The translations under genes and the position numbers were made by a program. This document shows positions 51,033 to 64,000 of a DNA stretch of 64,000 bases, one piece after another. A model generated the notes under the pieces. The model did no database searches, was not told the DNA's origin, and saw only the letters and a list, made by a program, of their open reading frames with translations. Source of the DNA: Mobula hypostoma (Eukaryota); NCBI RefSeq assembly GCF_963921235.1, contig NC_086108.1:21266001-21330000 (forward strand), in the 5' to 3' direction. Each line of letters opens with the position of its first letter. Position 1 is the stretch's first letter.

Positions 51033-53491
51033 TGATTAAATTCTTGTTTTTCTTACTTTTCCACAGTATTATTAAGGAGCTCTCTTATATTTTATAAGTT
51101 TATAGTTCTGATGAAGGGCTTCCACCTGAAACATAAGCATCTTAAACCTTGACAAGGCTTGATGCGTATTTACAGAATATTCTGTGTTTGTTTAGGCATT
51201 TAAACTTAATGTCAGAGCCATCACGGAAAAAATAATCAATATATATTATTGATGCAAGCTGTTGCTGTGACTTGGTCCACTTTAAAATGTGTTCTTGGAA
51301 TACAGGGAATATCTTTAATCACCATTCTTACCTTCCATAATAAAGTGTTCTGAGCCCTCTCCCTTTGTGGGGATTGATTTTACAGCTGAGCAGCTTGTGA
51401 GGCTGTTCCGACTCAAACATTTATTTGGGATTAGTTTTATACCCACCAGATGATTAGAAAGGCAGGTTCTGTTCCCTAGAGTTTGTGAGTGAATCAGTTG
51501 AATTATTTGGCAAATGAGTCATTTTCACAGTTATTTCTTGAATGACAGCCCATTAATTATGAAGTGTTGTAAGGCGTTAAAATGTGCCAGAAGGGCCGAT
51601 AAATAACTCACTCTTAGAGCTAAATGATTTGTTTCAGTGATGTTGGTTGACCATTGCACACAGTTCATTGCTCTTACATTGTGAATGCCTAACTTCATCT
51701 CAGATTCCTTCAGTTATTTGGTTTGGCTACTGATGAAAAGGATAATCTATTACCCAGACACGTCATGTTCATTTTTTTTTTGCCTCCCACTGAAGGGAAA
51801 TAAAATACCTGCTGCTTAGCTCAGAGAACAAAAAAGCAGTGAAGTGAAGGGACTGACGATATCAGCTTACAGCACAGAAACACTCTCTCCTGCCCTCCAT
51901 CTCTATGCCAACCTTTCTGCCCATCAACACTACTCCCATTTACCTGCATCATGCCTGCATCCTTTAATGCCTTGACTATTTAAGTGTTTATCTAAATCAC
52001 AGAAATAATTTCTGATTCCAGCACCTACTCTGGCAATACATCCCATCAATGTGTGGCACTGATTCAGTACCAGCACTGACACCCATCTGTTCATTCTGAT
52101 GCACTTCCTGCCTTGTGGGTGATTTAATTTGCAGCTCACGATAAACTGAGAAGTGAAATCTCAGAATTGTGCACCAACTGGACCTGTATGAGATCATCAA
52201 ATTTTGCAGCTGAAAAAAGCTATGATTTTTATTTAAAAAAACATCTTTTCTGCCAAAGTGAGTAATTAATTTGGACTGTACGCTCCAATGACAGAAGTAG
52301 AAACCAATGAACATATGAAGGCAGTGAATAAACAACAAATTTCAACTTATATTCTTCCCGTCTGCCATCTGATTTTTAAATGGACATTGAACCCATGAAC
52401 ACCACCTCACTACCTTTTAAAATTTCTGTTTTTGCACTACTTATTTAACATAACTATTTAATATACATATATATAAAATTACCATATTTCAGGTTTGTTT
52501 CTATATTTATCATGTATTGCATTGCAAAGTTAACAAGTTTCATGACATATACTGGCGATACTAAACTTGATTCTGATTAAGGAAACCATATCTGACATTT
52601 TCACTTTTTTCAGATTTAAGCCACAAAATGCCTAATCTTCCAAAATAAATATATGATACAATCTAGCCACTTATCCTTGTCAGTAAGCAGTGTGATCTTC
52701 TCAACTATCAACATCCTAGGGGCCGTCACTGACAGAAATTCAATTGGACCTACTATATACATATAGTGGCTGTTCAGAGTACACTGCAGGGGGATACTCA
52801 CCTCCTGTCACCATAAAGCCTTTCCACTGATTACGAGCAGAATTAAATACACCTTACTTGCCTAGACGAGTGCAGTTGCAACCCCATCCAACAATCTCAA
52901 ACCAGTTCAATTGATTGGTCTCTATTACACACAGTGACTTGTCCAGACAATGTCTGTGGTGGTAATCTTTTACCACCAAAAAGGCATAGAGAAGCACCAT
53001 TACCTGAAAGTTTCACATGAAATTAAACATCACCTGAATTGAAATACATTGCTATTCTTTCACCATCTCTGGTCTAAATCCTGGAGCTCCCAGCTCAACA
53101 GCATTATGGGAGCTCCTTCGCCACAGCAGCCCCAGAGGTTGTCTCACTACAGCCTTGGCAAAGACAATAAATGAAGCAATAAATGCAATCTGAAAAACGA
53201 ATAAATGAAAATAACAATGCTTCAATAGCCATTGAGATGAGATGGGAAAACAGATGGTGCTGATGTGGTACTCAGAAGGTAGCAGATAAAGGACAGATTG
53301 AGAGGAAACTGAAAGACGGTTGGAGAAGAAGAGAGCAAAAATATTAATATAAAGCACAGAACAGTTCAGCAGAGAAAAAGGCCCTTTGGTCCACAATGTT
53401 ATGCCAAACTAATTAAATTAGTAAACATTCTGAAATAATCTCTTCTGCCTACACACTGTCTATGTTTTTCTATTTCCTGTGCATTCTTGTT

Positions 53492-54232
53492 CAGTGCCTT
53501 CAGTGGTATTTGGCTTCCAGAACTATTTTTACGTTTTACTGCCTCATTTTCTAAATTTAAAATATATTGAAGTAGGATTTTTCTGAGCTAATCTATAAAA
53601 CGCTGTGAATCATATCAAATCAAAAGAAAAAAAATCCAAAAGCTTTCAACAATTTACAAAAAATTAAAAACCAAAATTGTGAGGCTGAAAAATTATTCAT
53701 CCCCTTAGTAACTACTACACTAACCTTCCTCAGGTGCAATATACAACATTTCCTTACCAACTCACCGAGTTTGTTGAAGTAGAAAATTGGAGGATCACCT
53801 GTTTTCAATGAATTCATAAGAATAAATACCTCCTCTGTTTGTAAGGTCCAACCATATGGTAGATTTTCAACAGACCAAACCAAACTGAAGACGAAACAGC
53901 GTTCAAGACAAGTCAGGGAAATTATAATGGAGAAGCACAAATCTGGGGAAGAGTACAAGACCATCTCAAAGGCACTGAACGTATCACAGAGCTTAGTACC
54001 ATCATTATGAAAAAGTGGAAAAAAGATGAAATTACAGCCATTCTGCCTAGGTCAGGCCACCACTATAAAACTGAGTCACCAGAGAAGAATGGCACTTGTA
54101 AGAGAGGCTACTGTGACACCAACAGTCACTCTGAGTCAGCTGCAGAAGTCAGTGACTGCAAATGGAGATGAAGTTCATGGCTCCACAATCTCTAAGGCCT
54201 TGCACAAAAAGGGTAATTCTGGAAGAGTGGCA
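53492..54232 (+). mobile_element. 5' half of a Tc1-like transposon
   Basis: CAGTG start. KTKQRSRQVREIIMEKHKSGEEYKTISKAL and LVREATVTPTVTLSQLQKS HTH region. Confidence 0.8.
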
Positions 54233-55005
54233 ATGTCAGCAAAACGAAAGAGCTGGTCATTGACTTCAGGAAGGAATGTGTTGCACATGGTCCTATATAC
54301 ATCAATGGTGCTGAGCTCGAGAGAGGGGATTGAGAGCTTCAAGTTCCTTGGATTGAACATAACCAATAGCCTGCCGTGGTCCAACTACACAGAAAGCACA
54401 GCCAAGAAAACTCACCAGCACCTCTACTTCCTCAGGAGGCTAAAGAAATTTGGCATGAACCTGTTGACACTTACCAATTTTTATCAATGCATAATAGAAA
54501 GTATCCTATCTCATGAATCACAGCTTGGTATGACACCTGCTCAACCATGACACAAGGAGTTGCAGAGAGTTGTGGATACCGCTCAGCACATCACAAGAAC
54601 CAGCCTCCCCACCATGGATCGTGTCTAAACTTCTTGCTGCCTCAGTAAGGCAGCCAGCATAAACAAAAACCCACCCACCCTAGACAGTCTTTCTCCTTTT
54701 GTCACCCAATGGGCAGAAGATACAAAAGCCTAACAGCATGTACTGCCAGGCTCAAGGACAGCTTCTACCCTGATGTTATAGGACTATTGAATGTTCCTCT
54801 AGTATGATAAGATAGAATCTTGACTTGACAATCTATCTCGTTCTGCACTTGCACCATATTCTTGACTTTCACTGCATTTTGTGTGTAGCTGTTACACTTT
54901 ACTCTGCATTGTGTTACTGCTTTACCCTGTGTAAAGAACTGTGTAATGAATTGATTTGTGTCTACAGGAAGCAAGGAGAGCTTTTCACTGTACCTTGGTA
55001 GATCT
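54233..55005 (+). mobile_element. Rex1/Babar 3' fragment
   Basis: ESFKFLGLNITNSLPWS...HLYFLRRLKKFG...IIESIL. Confidence 0.8.
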
Positions 55006-58000
55006 GACAGAGTTCTGTCTGGTATTAGACATTTCAACCCTGGGAAGAAGATTCCAGCTGTCCACTCTATATGTGCCCCTCATATTCTGTAACCTTTCTT
55101 TCAGATCTCCTCTTAGCCTCAACCTCCCCAGAGAAAACAACAAAAGTCTGTATTTAACTTCTCCTTTTAGCACATGCCCTCTATCCAGTCAGCATCCGGG
55201 AAAACCTCTTCTGCCCCCTCTCCAAAGCCTGAACATCCTTCTACAATGGGGCTACAGAACTGAATGCAATAGTACAAATGCTGTCGAACTAGAGTTTTAT
55301 AAAGCTGCAACATAACTTCAGACTAACAAAGGCAAGCATGCCGTATGTTTTTCTTACCACGTGATCAATCTGTGCAGCCACTTTCACAGGGCTTTGAACT
55401 CGGACCCAACATTCAAAGTTCAAATAAATTTGTCATCAAAGTACATATATGTTACCATTGAGGTTACCATAAGATACATTTTCTTGCAGACATTTTCAGG
55501 GAACAATTGAAATACAGTACAACAGAATTTTAAGGAAAACTATAGATAAACAAAGTCTGACAAACAACCATTGTGCAAAAAAAGGGCAAACTGTGCAAAT
55601 AATTAAAAATAATACCAAGGACACGAGCTGTAAAATCCTTGCAATCAGTTTAGAGTGGTGATGATTGAAATTAGCCACACTGGTTCAGGAGCCTGATGGT
55701 TGAGGGGAATTAATTGTTCCTGAACCTGGTGGTGTGGGATCTAGGGATTCTGTACTTCCTGCCCTATGCTTCTGCCTGCACTCCTCTGTAAAGTGTGTGG
55801 CAGAACTTTAAGCTCACTGAAACTCTTGGTATCAGTTCCTCCTCTATACAGAGGGATGTCACAAAGATTAAAGATCTAGTAGTGTCTACTTAGGATTATC
55901 TTCTAGCATATCAACAAAATAAAAGGCAATTGAACAGAATCAAATTCCTGCCCAAATATAGAAACAAAAGGCCTGCATTATTTCAACTAGCAAACTTTTT
56001 TATTGCCTGGAATTGGCAGGGGTTGTCATGTAATGACAAGGTTGAAAACTAGCATGGAATAACTTCTCTGTGTGGCCAGTGCCAAGTGTAAATATTAACA
56101 ACTGAGGGATAGAATAAGTAGAGCCAAAGTGAATCAGTGCCCTGCAACCTAGCAGTTACAGAAATCATTGACTCTTCTCCACAACTTTTCTAATGTGGCT
56201 GAACCAGTTCCTGAGTCAAAAGCTGGTGATGAACATTTCATGTGATTCAATTTAAGGCATTCCTGACGCTGAAGATGATTCAACTTTTAGTACCAGTACA
56301 CTCTATAATTCGCTGTGAGTGGGCTACCTTCCAGATCAATTTCTAGTGGACAGGCTGGAAGAGATGGCTGATATTGTGTAGCAGTCCACATCTGCAACTA
56401 AGCAAATGCCAAATATGAATTCAAAATGCAATGATGTGGACTGAGTTGCTTAATTACAATGATCAGAAACATTACCTCTTAGTATCACATCCGAGATCAA
56501 TACAAATTGAAAGAGGCAGCAGTATTGGAACAGACTACAATGACAGATGTCTATGAATTTAACATTAACCAGTACATATTTTAAATTGGAAGCCAATGTT
56601 TCCTAACATTTTGTGCACATGAAATGAATTAGCACGAGATATGTGGCAATGAATTTTACACATCTCTCACAGCCTGCCAACAGACAAGAGGCAGTTGAGG
56701 CAATGATCAAAACTTGTTCATCATTCTCTTTCTATATACAAATGATCTTCAGAAAATATTTTAAAGTGATGCATTATTTGTCTGGTGGATCACTGACTTA
56801 TGAAAAGTAAAGTTGAAAGAAATTGTATCAACCAATTCTCCTGGAATAAAGGGATATTAAAAATGGATATCAGAAGACAGAGACAGCGCAATGGTCTCTT
56901 TGTGTATAAACGTGCATGATACTGAGTCTTGGAGCTTGCATAAAATTAAATACTGTCCGGAGGGGTGATGGTGGTAGAAGAGGTTGGTCTCACGTTCAAA
57001 GAACGGACATTGCACAACAGCAGTTTAGGAAAAGGAAAAATGCTCAAACCACATGCTTGACCAGACAGATGTGCTATTCTAAGCTAATGAAAATACATCT
57101 TATCTGTCAGCAATCCATTATCTCTCAATCATTTTTAATTATCTCTTCTGCATCGTGTCTATTGCCAAAATATCCTACCTGTATTGCACTGAGCTGAACC
57201 ATACCAGTACTGATTTATAAAGTGACAAGATTTCACCGTTACATCAACACCATGTAGACATTTTGCAACATCCTGTCCTCTAATTTTCCTTATCACCCAC
57301 TGTTACAACAGCTTCCACTTATTATTGTTTGATTTCATTTTATACTTACTTCATAACTGCCTTCAGATGTTTTGTATCAAATGGAAATTTAACCACTACA
57401 TAGTTGGTATTCTAGTTTACTTCCAGATAAAATAATTAATCTGTCCTTCTCTTGGTCAAAACTTATTCAACATTTATTTCTGAGTTAGTCAACTAGCTTG
57501 GTGACACAATGTTTGAGCTGGGTCTATATCCGAACAGGTACAGGGTAAACATGATAGTAACTGAGAGGCAGAAGTTCCAACAAGTCACTTTCTTTTCCAC
57601 ATTACAAAATTGATTCAAGTGTAATGAAATCAGATAAACTTGATGCACCATCTGCATCTCCATCTGGTGGATTCACTTCCTACAATATTGCGAATAACAC
57701 TTTCTGCGCAGTATTTAGAATATTACATAACAGGAGGATCATGTCATGGTGTTTGATCAGCTCCATGACATAGCTCTTGCTCCACATGCCTGCAATTCCC
57801 CCACCCCCAATGTACAACTACTTATTTTTGAGTCTGCATGCTCAACTTTTGCAGGAAATGCATTCTACTATGCGTCCCAAACACATCACTTCGACTATCT
57901 AGGAGAGCTGGCACATGGGCATCACCACATGCAAGTGTCCTTCCAAATCAAATACTATTCCAGTTTGGAAATATGAGCTACTGGATCTCAACCTTATCAA

Positions 58001-59035
58001 GCAACCCTTTGGGGGGTTTTCCAAACAGAATGATTGTGGTGATTGAAGAAGGTACCTCATAGCAGCCGTGAAAGATGAGCAATAAATGCTGGCAGTGGCA
58101 GCACAAACGTTATTAATGAATAAAAAGGCTAATAATTTTGAGAAATACAGTATCAGGTTTATTATCACTGATATGAAATTTTATGTGTTGTGGCAGCAGT
58201 ACAGGGCAAAGGTATAAAATTACTCTCAGTTCCAAAATAAATAAATAGTGCAGAAAGAGAAATAATGAAGTAGAGGTCATGGTCCATTCAGAAACCTGAT
58301 GGCAGAGGAAAAGAAACTGTTCCTGAATCATTGTGTGGATCTGCAGCCTCCTGTCCCACCTCCCTGATGGTAAAGGAGAGTACATGACCTCAGTGATGAA
58401 GGATGCATACTCCCTCGAGCTTTTCTGCAAATTATTTTAGATGTTTCTTCTAGTTACTGATCTTTTATCAAAATCCGTAACAATTTTGAACACCTCTCTT
58501 AAATCCCCTCATACTTATTCACTAATGAGACAACCCCAGCTTTTCAAGTTTCTGCAGTACTTACTAAAAAACTGGAACTCCCACAGTTCCCATGAAGCAA
58601 TTTACATTGGAGCAACCCTTCACTGAAAATCCATGTGTGACAGAGTAAACGCGTTCCTCACACACTGCCTTCTCGTCCTGCTTTTGTTGCACTGTGTATG
58701 CTCTTCATTGTCTTCCTTGGTATATTCTCATACTGGGTCCTAAATCAAACTGATGTACTTTATGGTGCCTTCCCCACCACACACAGCAGAATATTCTATT
58801 TCTTTAGTAATGGGGATGTTTATCTGCTGCATATATACTATATTTAAGGTAGATCAGAACTAGAATCTGAATCAGGTTTAATACCACTGGCATATGTGGT
58901 GAAATTCATTAGCTTTGCAGCAACAGCACAGTGCAATACATGATAAACATAGAAAAAAAAAGTGAATTATTACATAAGGTCTAACATGGGTAAAATTATC
59001 CTTAAATTGTTGCAGGTAAGTTATTAAACAGAGGA

Positions 59036-59188
59036 CACGAGGAATTCTGCAGATGCTGGAAATTCAAGCAACACACATCAAAGTTGCTGGTGAACGCAGC
59101 AGGCCAGGCAGCATCTCTAGGAAGAGGTACCTCTTCCTAGAGATGCTGCCTGGCCTGCTGCGTTCACCAGCAACTTTGATGTGTGTTG
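59036..59188. mobile_element. Penelope-terminus-derived mini element containing a perfect 120-bp palindrome
   Basis: 59069-59188 is self-complementary about GGT|ACC (59128/59129). TSD ATTAAAC(A/G)GAGGA at 59023-59035 and 59189-59201. Confidence 0.92.
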
Positions 59189-60410
59189 ATTAAACGGAGG
59201 AGCTGGAATATGAAAGACTGACATCTTTTTGAGATCTGGATGACTACATAATTAATTGAAATACATGTGGTTAATTTTCAATCAATGCCCGAGTGTTTGG
59301 GAAATATTAACCATCAGGATTATTTTCTGACTTGTTTGCAAAATGAGAATAATAAAAGATAACTTTCAATGAATAAGGGGTCTGAATATAAACTGAGTTG
59401 TTAACTGTGAAGGTTAACTGTTAAATTTGAGACCAGCTACATGGAAGACCATCATGAGAACAAAGGCAACTCCAACTGAAGCTAGAGGCACAATCAGATG
59501 GCATGTCAACTGTCCTGGCATTATTTCATACAAGGCAAAACCTAACAGTATAAATGGTTGTAATGCTTCTCTCCCCAATAAACTCAGCGCCTTTTATGCA
59601 CACTTTGAAAAGGAGAAGAACACTACACCTGTGTAAATCCCTACAGCACATGGCTATCCTGTGATCTCTGTCTCAGGGGCCAATGTCTGGATATCCTTCA
59701 AATTACAACAGGAGCTAGAAAAGGCATGTAAAAAGGGGAACAGCCATAGGGGATTTCAATATGCAGGTATATTGAGAAAATCAGGTTGGTGCTGGATCCC
59801 AAAAGAGGGAATTTGTGGAATGCATACAAGATAGTTTTTTAGAGCAGCTTGTGGTTCAGCCCACTAATGGAAAGGCAATTCTGAATTTGATGTTGTGTAA
59901 ATTAATCAGATTTGATTAGGGAACTTATGGTAAAGGAACCTTTTGGAGACAGTGATTATAACATGATAGAATTCACCTTGGAGTTTGAGAAGGAGAAGAT
60001 AAAGTCAGATGTAACAGTATTACAGTGGAGCAAAGGGAATTACAGGGGCATGACAGAGGAGCTGGCCAAAGTTGATTGGAAGGGGACACTAGCAGGAATG
60101 ATGGTAGATCAGCAATGGCTAAGACGCAGGATAGACACACCACAAAGGTGAAGAAATATTATAAAGGGAGAATGAGGCAACTGTGGCTGGCAAGGAAAAT
60201 CAAAGGCAGCATGAAGACAAAAGAGAGGGCATATAATATAGTCAAATTAGTGGGAACTTAGAGGATTGGGAAGCTTTTAAAAACCAACAGAAGGCAATTA
60301 AAAAGCCATAAGGAGTGAAAACATGAAATGTGAATGAAAGCTAACCAAAAAATTAATACCAAAAGAATTTTCAGATTCAGATATAAAGTGTAAAAGAAAA
60401 GTGAGAGTAG

Positions 60411-61873
60411 GGCCCCAGCTATGCCTGCCTCTTCGTTGGTTACGTGGAACAGTCTGCGCTCCAAACCTATTCTGGTCCCCAACTTTTCCTTCACTACATT
60501 GACGACTACATTGGTGCTGCTTCCTGCACCCATGCTGAGCTCGTCAATTTCATCGACTCTACTTCAACCTTCTACCCAGCCCTCAAATTCACTTGGTCTA
60601 TCTCGGACACTTCTCTCCCCTTTCTCGATCTCTCGGTCTCCATCTCTGGAGACAGACTGTCCACTGACATCTTCTACAAGCCCACTGGCTCTCATAACTA
60701 CCTCGACTATACATCTTCCCACCCTGCCACATGTAAAAATGCCATTCCCTATTCCCAGTTCCTCCGTCTCCACCGCATCTGCTCCCAGGATGAGGCTTTC
60801 CGTTCCAGGACATCTCAAATGCCCTCTTTCTTTACGGATCGTGGTTTCCCTTCTGCTATCATCAACGATGCCCTCACCCGCATCTCCTCCATTTCCCGCA
60901 CTTTGGCCCTCACCCCATCCTCCCGCTACCATAACAGGGATAGAGTTCCCCTTGTCCTCACCTACCACCCCACCAGCCTCCGGATCCAGCACATTATCCT
61001 CCGCAACTTCTGCCACCCTCAACAGGACCCCACCACTAAACACATCTTTCCCTCTCCACCCCTCTCCACTTTCCGCAGGGATCGGTCCCTCCGCACTCCC
61101 TGATCCACACGTCCCTCCCCATGGATCTCCCACCCGGCACTTATCCCTGTAAGCGTAAGTGCTACACCTGTCCCTAAACCTCCTCTCTTGCCACCATTCA
61201 GGGCCCGAAACAGTCCTTCCAGGTGAGGCAACACTTCATTTGTGAGTCTGTTGGGGTTATCTATTGCATCCGGTGCTCCAGGTGCGGCCTCCTCTACATT
61301 GGTAAAACCCGACGCAGACTGGGGGACCGCTTCGTCGAGCACCTCTGCTCCATCCGCCACAACAGACAGGATCTCCCGGTTGCCACCCACTTCAACTCTG
61401 CTTCACATTCCCATGGCCTCCTCTACTGCCATGATGAGGCTAAACTCAGGTTGGAGGAGCAACACCTCATATACCGTCTAGGTAGTCTCCAGCCCCTTGG
61501 TATGAACATAGAGTTCTCCAGCTTCTGGTAATTCCCTCCCCTTATCCCTATTTCACTTTGCCCCCTCCCCCAGCTGCCCATCACCTCGCTCATGGTTCCG
61601 CCTCCTTCTACTACCCATTGTATTTTCCCCTATTCCTTCTTCACCTTTCCTGCCTATCACCTCCCTGCTTCCACTCCCCCACCCCTTTATCTTTCCCCTT
61701 AATGTTTTTTCACCTGAAACCTACCAGCCTTCTCCTTCCCATCCTCTCCCCACCTTCTTTATAGGGCCTCTGCCCCTTCCCTCTTCAGTCCGGACGAAGG
61801 GTTCCGGCCTGAAACGTTGACTGTTCTTTTCCACGGATGCTGCCTGACCTGCTGAGTCCCTCCAGTGTGTTGT
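60411..61873 (+). mobile_element. Penelope-like element, 5'-truncated (RT C-terminal half, GIY-YIG endonuclease, terminus)
   Basis: GPSYACLFVG, FLHYIDD, LPFLDL, DIFYKPT and VIYCIRCSRCGLLYIGKT. TSD AAGTGA(G/A)AGTAG at 60399-60410 and 61874-61885. Confidence 0.92.
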
Positions 61874-62205
61874 AAGTGAAAGTAGATTTTAGACAGCAGG
61901 AAAATGATGCTGGTGAGGTAGTAATAAGGGAGGAAGAAATAGTGGACGAATGTAGTAAGTATTTTGCATCAGTATTCACAAACAGCAAGCCAGAAAGTCA
62001 AGAGTGATGGGGCAAAATTGAGTGTAGTTGCTATTATTAAGGAGAAGGTGCTTGGAAAGCTGAAAGGATAAAGGTAGATAAATCAGGGTTCTGAAAGAGG
62101 TAGGTGAAGAGATTGCAGAGGCACTAGTAGTGATCTTTTAAGAATTACTAGATTCTGGAAAGGTTCCGAAGGACAGGAAAATTGCAAATGTCACTCCAAT
62201 CTTTA

Positions 62206-62748
62206 AAATCTTTAACATCTGCCGGACGATGCTGAGGATGCTCTACCAGTCTGTAGTGGCCAGTGCTATCATGTTTGCTGTTGTGTGCTGGGGCAGCAGG
62301 CTGAAGGTAGCAGACACCAACAGAATCAACAATCTCATTCGTAAGGCCAGTGATGTTGTGGGGATGGAACTGGACTCTCTCACGGTGGTGTCTGAAAAGA
62401 GGATACTGTATAAGTTGCATGCCATCTTGGACAATGTCTCCCATCCACTACATAATGTACTGGTTGGGCACAGGAGTACATTCAGCCAGAGACTCATTCC
62501 ACTGAGATGCAACACAGAGCGTCACAGGAAGTCATTCCTGCCTGTGGCCATCAAACTTTACAACTCCTCCCTTGGAGGGTCAGACACCCTGAGCCAATAG
62601 GCTGGTCCTGGACATATTTCCTGGCATAATTTACATATTACTATTTAACTATTTATGGTTTTATTACTATTTAATTATTTATGGTGCAACTGTAACGAAA
62701 ACCAGTTTCCCCCGGGATCAATAAACTATGACTATGACTATGACTATG
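62206..62748 (+). mobile_element. Rex1/Babar 3' fragment with (ACTATG)n tail
   Basis: LYQSVVASAIMFAVVCWG...SHPLH...RKSFLPVAIKLYN, then gggatcaataaa and ACTATG repeats. Confidence 0.88.
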
Positions 62749-63069
62749 AAAAGGGAAAGGTGCAGAAGAAAGGAAATTTACTTGGATTTTTAGAAGGCTT
62801 TTGCCACACATAGGCTGCTTATCAAGATGAGAGCCCACAATAGTACAGAAAAGTTACTTGCATAGATAGAAGACTGGTTGACTGGTAAAAGGAATAAGGG
62901 CATAGACTATTTTCTAAATGGGGAGAAAATTCAAAATTCTCTGGTGCAAAGGGACTTGGGAGCCCTTGTGCAGAATTCCCTAAAGGTTGGCTTGCAGGTT
63001 GAGTCGGTGGTAAGGAAGGTAAATGCAATGTTAGCATTCATTTCGAGAGGACTAGAATATGAGCAAGAA

Positions 63070-63620
63070 CATAATCAAATCAAATGAAATCAAGTTTAAT
63101 TGTCATCTAAACCATACATGGATACAGCCAAATGAGACAGTGTTCCTCAGGGGCCAAGTTGCAAAAACTTACCCACGCATTCAAAATAACAAGAAAAAAA
63201 GTTATTTAAAATAACAAATTTTAGACCAAGATCCTGAGTTCCGAGTTCCAAGTTCCAAGTCCTGCTAATGAATGGTTCCCGGCAGTCCAGCTTATAATTC
63301 CACTGATCTGCCACTTGAGGTCAGTATCAACAGGAGTGGCCGCCCCCCACCCCCCTCCCCCCGTCAACCGAGCGCAGATGCCACTCTACAATGCAAGCCC
63401 GAAAACTGAGGCCTCGTTCTAGTACAACTGCAGTGGCACTGCCCCCACACCTCATGACCCCCACCAAACACGGGAAGCAGGATTGCAGCAATCAATGTCT
63501 AACAGGTTTCTGTGATCGCAAAACAAACATCTAAGACAGTCATTTACGATTTTACTGCACGCCACCTTCACAGCAACTCGAAGGCACCCCAACTCCAGTG
63601 CCTCCAAGTAGCATGCAGCA
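63070..63620 (-). mobile_element. Unclassified insertion with a LINE-like (TTTGA)n tail interrupting the CR1
   Basis: The - strand ends gacaattaaacttgatttcatttgatttgatt. The flanking CR1 (…RGLEY / …TLRLYK) is in register across it. Confidence 0.5.
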
Positions 63621-64000
63621 GCATGGTCTCCACGCTGAGGCTTTATAAGCATTGGTCAGACAGTACTTGGTGTATTGTGAGCAGCTTTGGGCCCCGTACC
63701 TAAGAAAAGATGTGCTGACATTAGAGAGGGTCCAGAGGAGGTTTATGACAATGATCCCGAGAACAAATGGGTTTACATATGAGGGGCATCTGAAGCCTCT
63801 GGAGTTCAGAAGAATAAGAGAGAATCTCATTGAAACCTATTAAATATTTAAAGGCCTAGTTAGAGTGGATGTTGAGAGGATGTTTTCTATACTGTGCGAG
63901 TCTAGGTCCAGAGGGCAAAGCCCCAGATTAGAGGGACATCCATTTAGAACCGAGATGAGGTGGAATTTCTTTAGCCAGAAGACAGTGAATCTGTGGAATT

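Larger units (their letters stand above)
59700..64000 (+). mobile_element. Old fragmented CR1 ORF2 with nested insertions
   Basis: CR1 pieces at about 59700-60410, 61874-62205, 62750-63060 and 63625-64000 are collinear with the CR1 at 23980-26280. Confidence 0.8.

Noticed and set aside
56258..56320. AG...GTGAGT-bounded segment resembling a small + strand exon
   Set aside because: Weak polypyrimidine tract, no recognisable peptide, and antisense within the ATF6 intron.
50360..64000. Search for the penultimate ATF6 exon (DHLLLPA...RPKMS)
   Set aside because: Not found by eye. KMS-like hits near 55490 and 57260 lack matching flanks, so the exon probably lies beyond the window.

Overview
Vertebrate genomic DNA, not prokaryotic. 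The repeat content (CR1/HER1-like LINEs, a V-SINE/HE1-like SINE, Rex1/Babar, Penelope, Tc1, hAT) suggests a cartilaginous fish, probably a ray; this is an inference. The window holds the 3' ends of two convergent genes. On the + strand are the last three coding exons of OLFML2B: a greatly expanded Thr-rich mucin-like exon (3238-4671), an exon at 12969-13145 and the terminal olfactomedin exon (34319-34920). On the - strand is the last coding exon of ATF6 (50118-50359). This is the same tail-to-tail pairing known in mammals. Most other ORFs in the track are decayed retroelement fragments or their antisense shadows. The most notable non-genic structure: (1) many Penelope-like insertions carrying minimal hammerhead-ribozyme motifs, often folded back as inverted repeats and bounded by 11-15 bp target-site duplications (TSDs), including a perfect 120-bp palindrome; (2) a gag-only LTR element with a tRNA-Leu primer-binding site; (3) a composite element made of two tiny Tc1-type hairpins around a captured segment, in two copies; (4) a near full-length CR1 with three tandem 161-bp promoter-like monomers; (5) a non-tRNA SINE-like element headed by a YY1-type site. 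All family assignments come from motif recognition by eye, with no database search. Ends of TE fragments are approximate unless a TSD or TIR is given.
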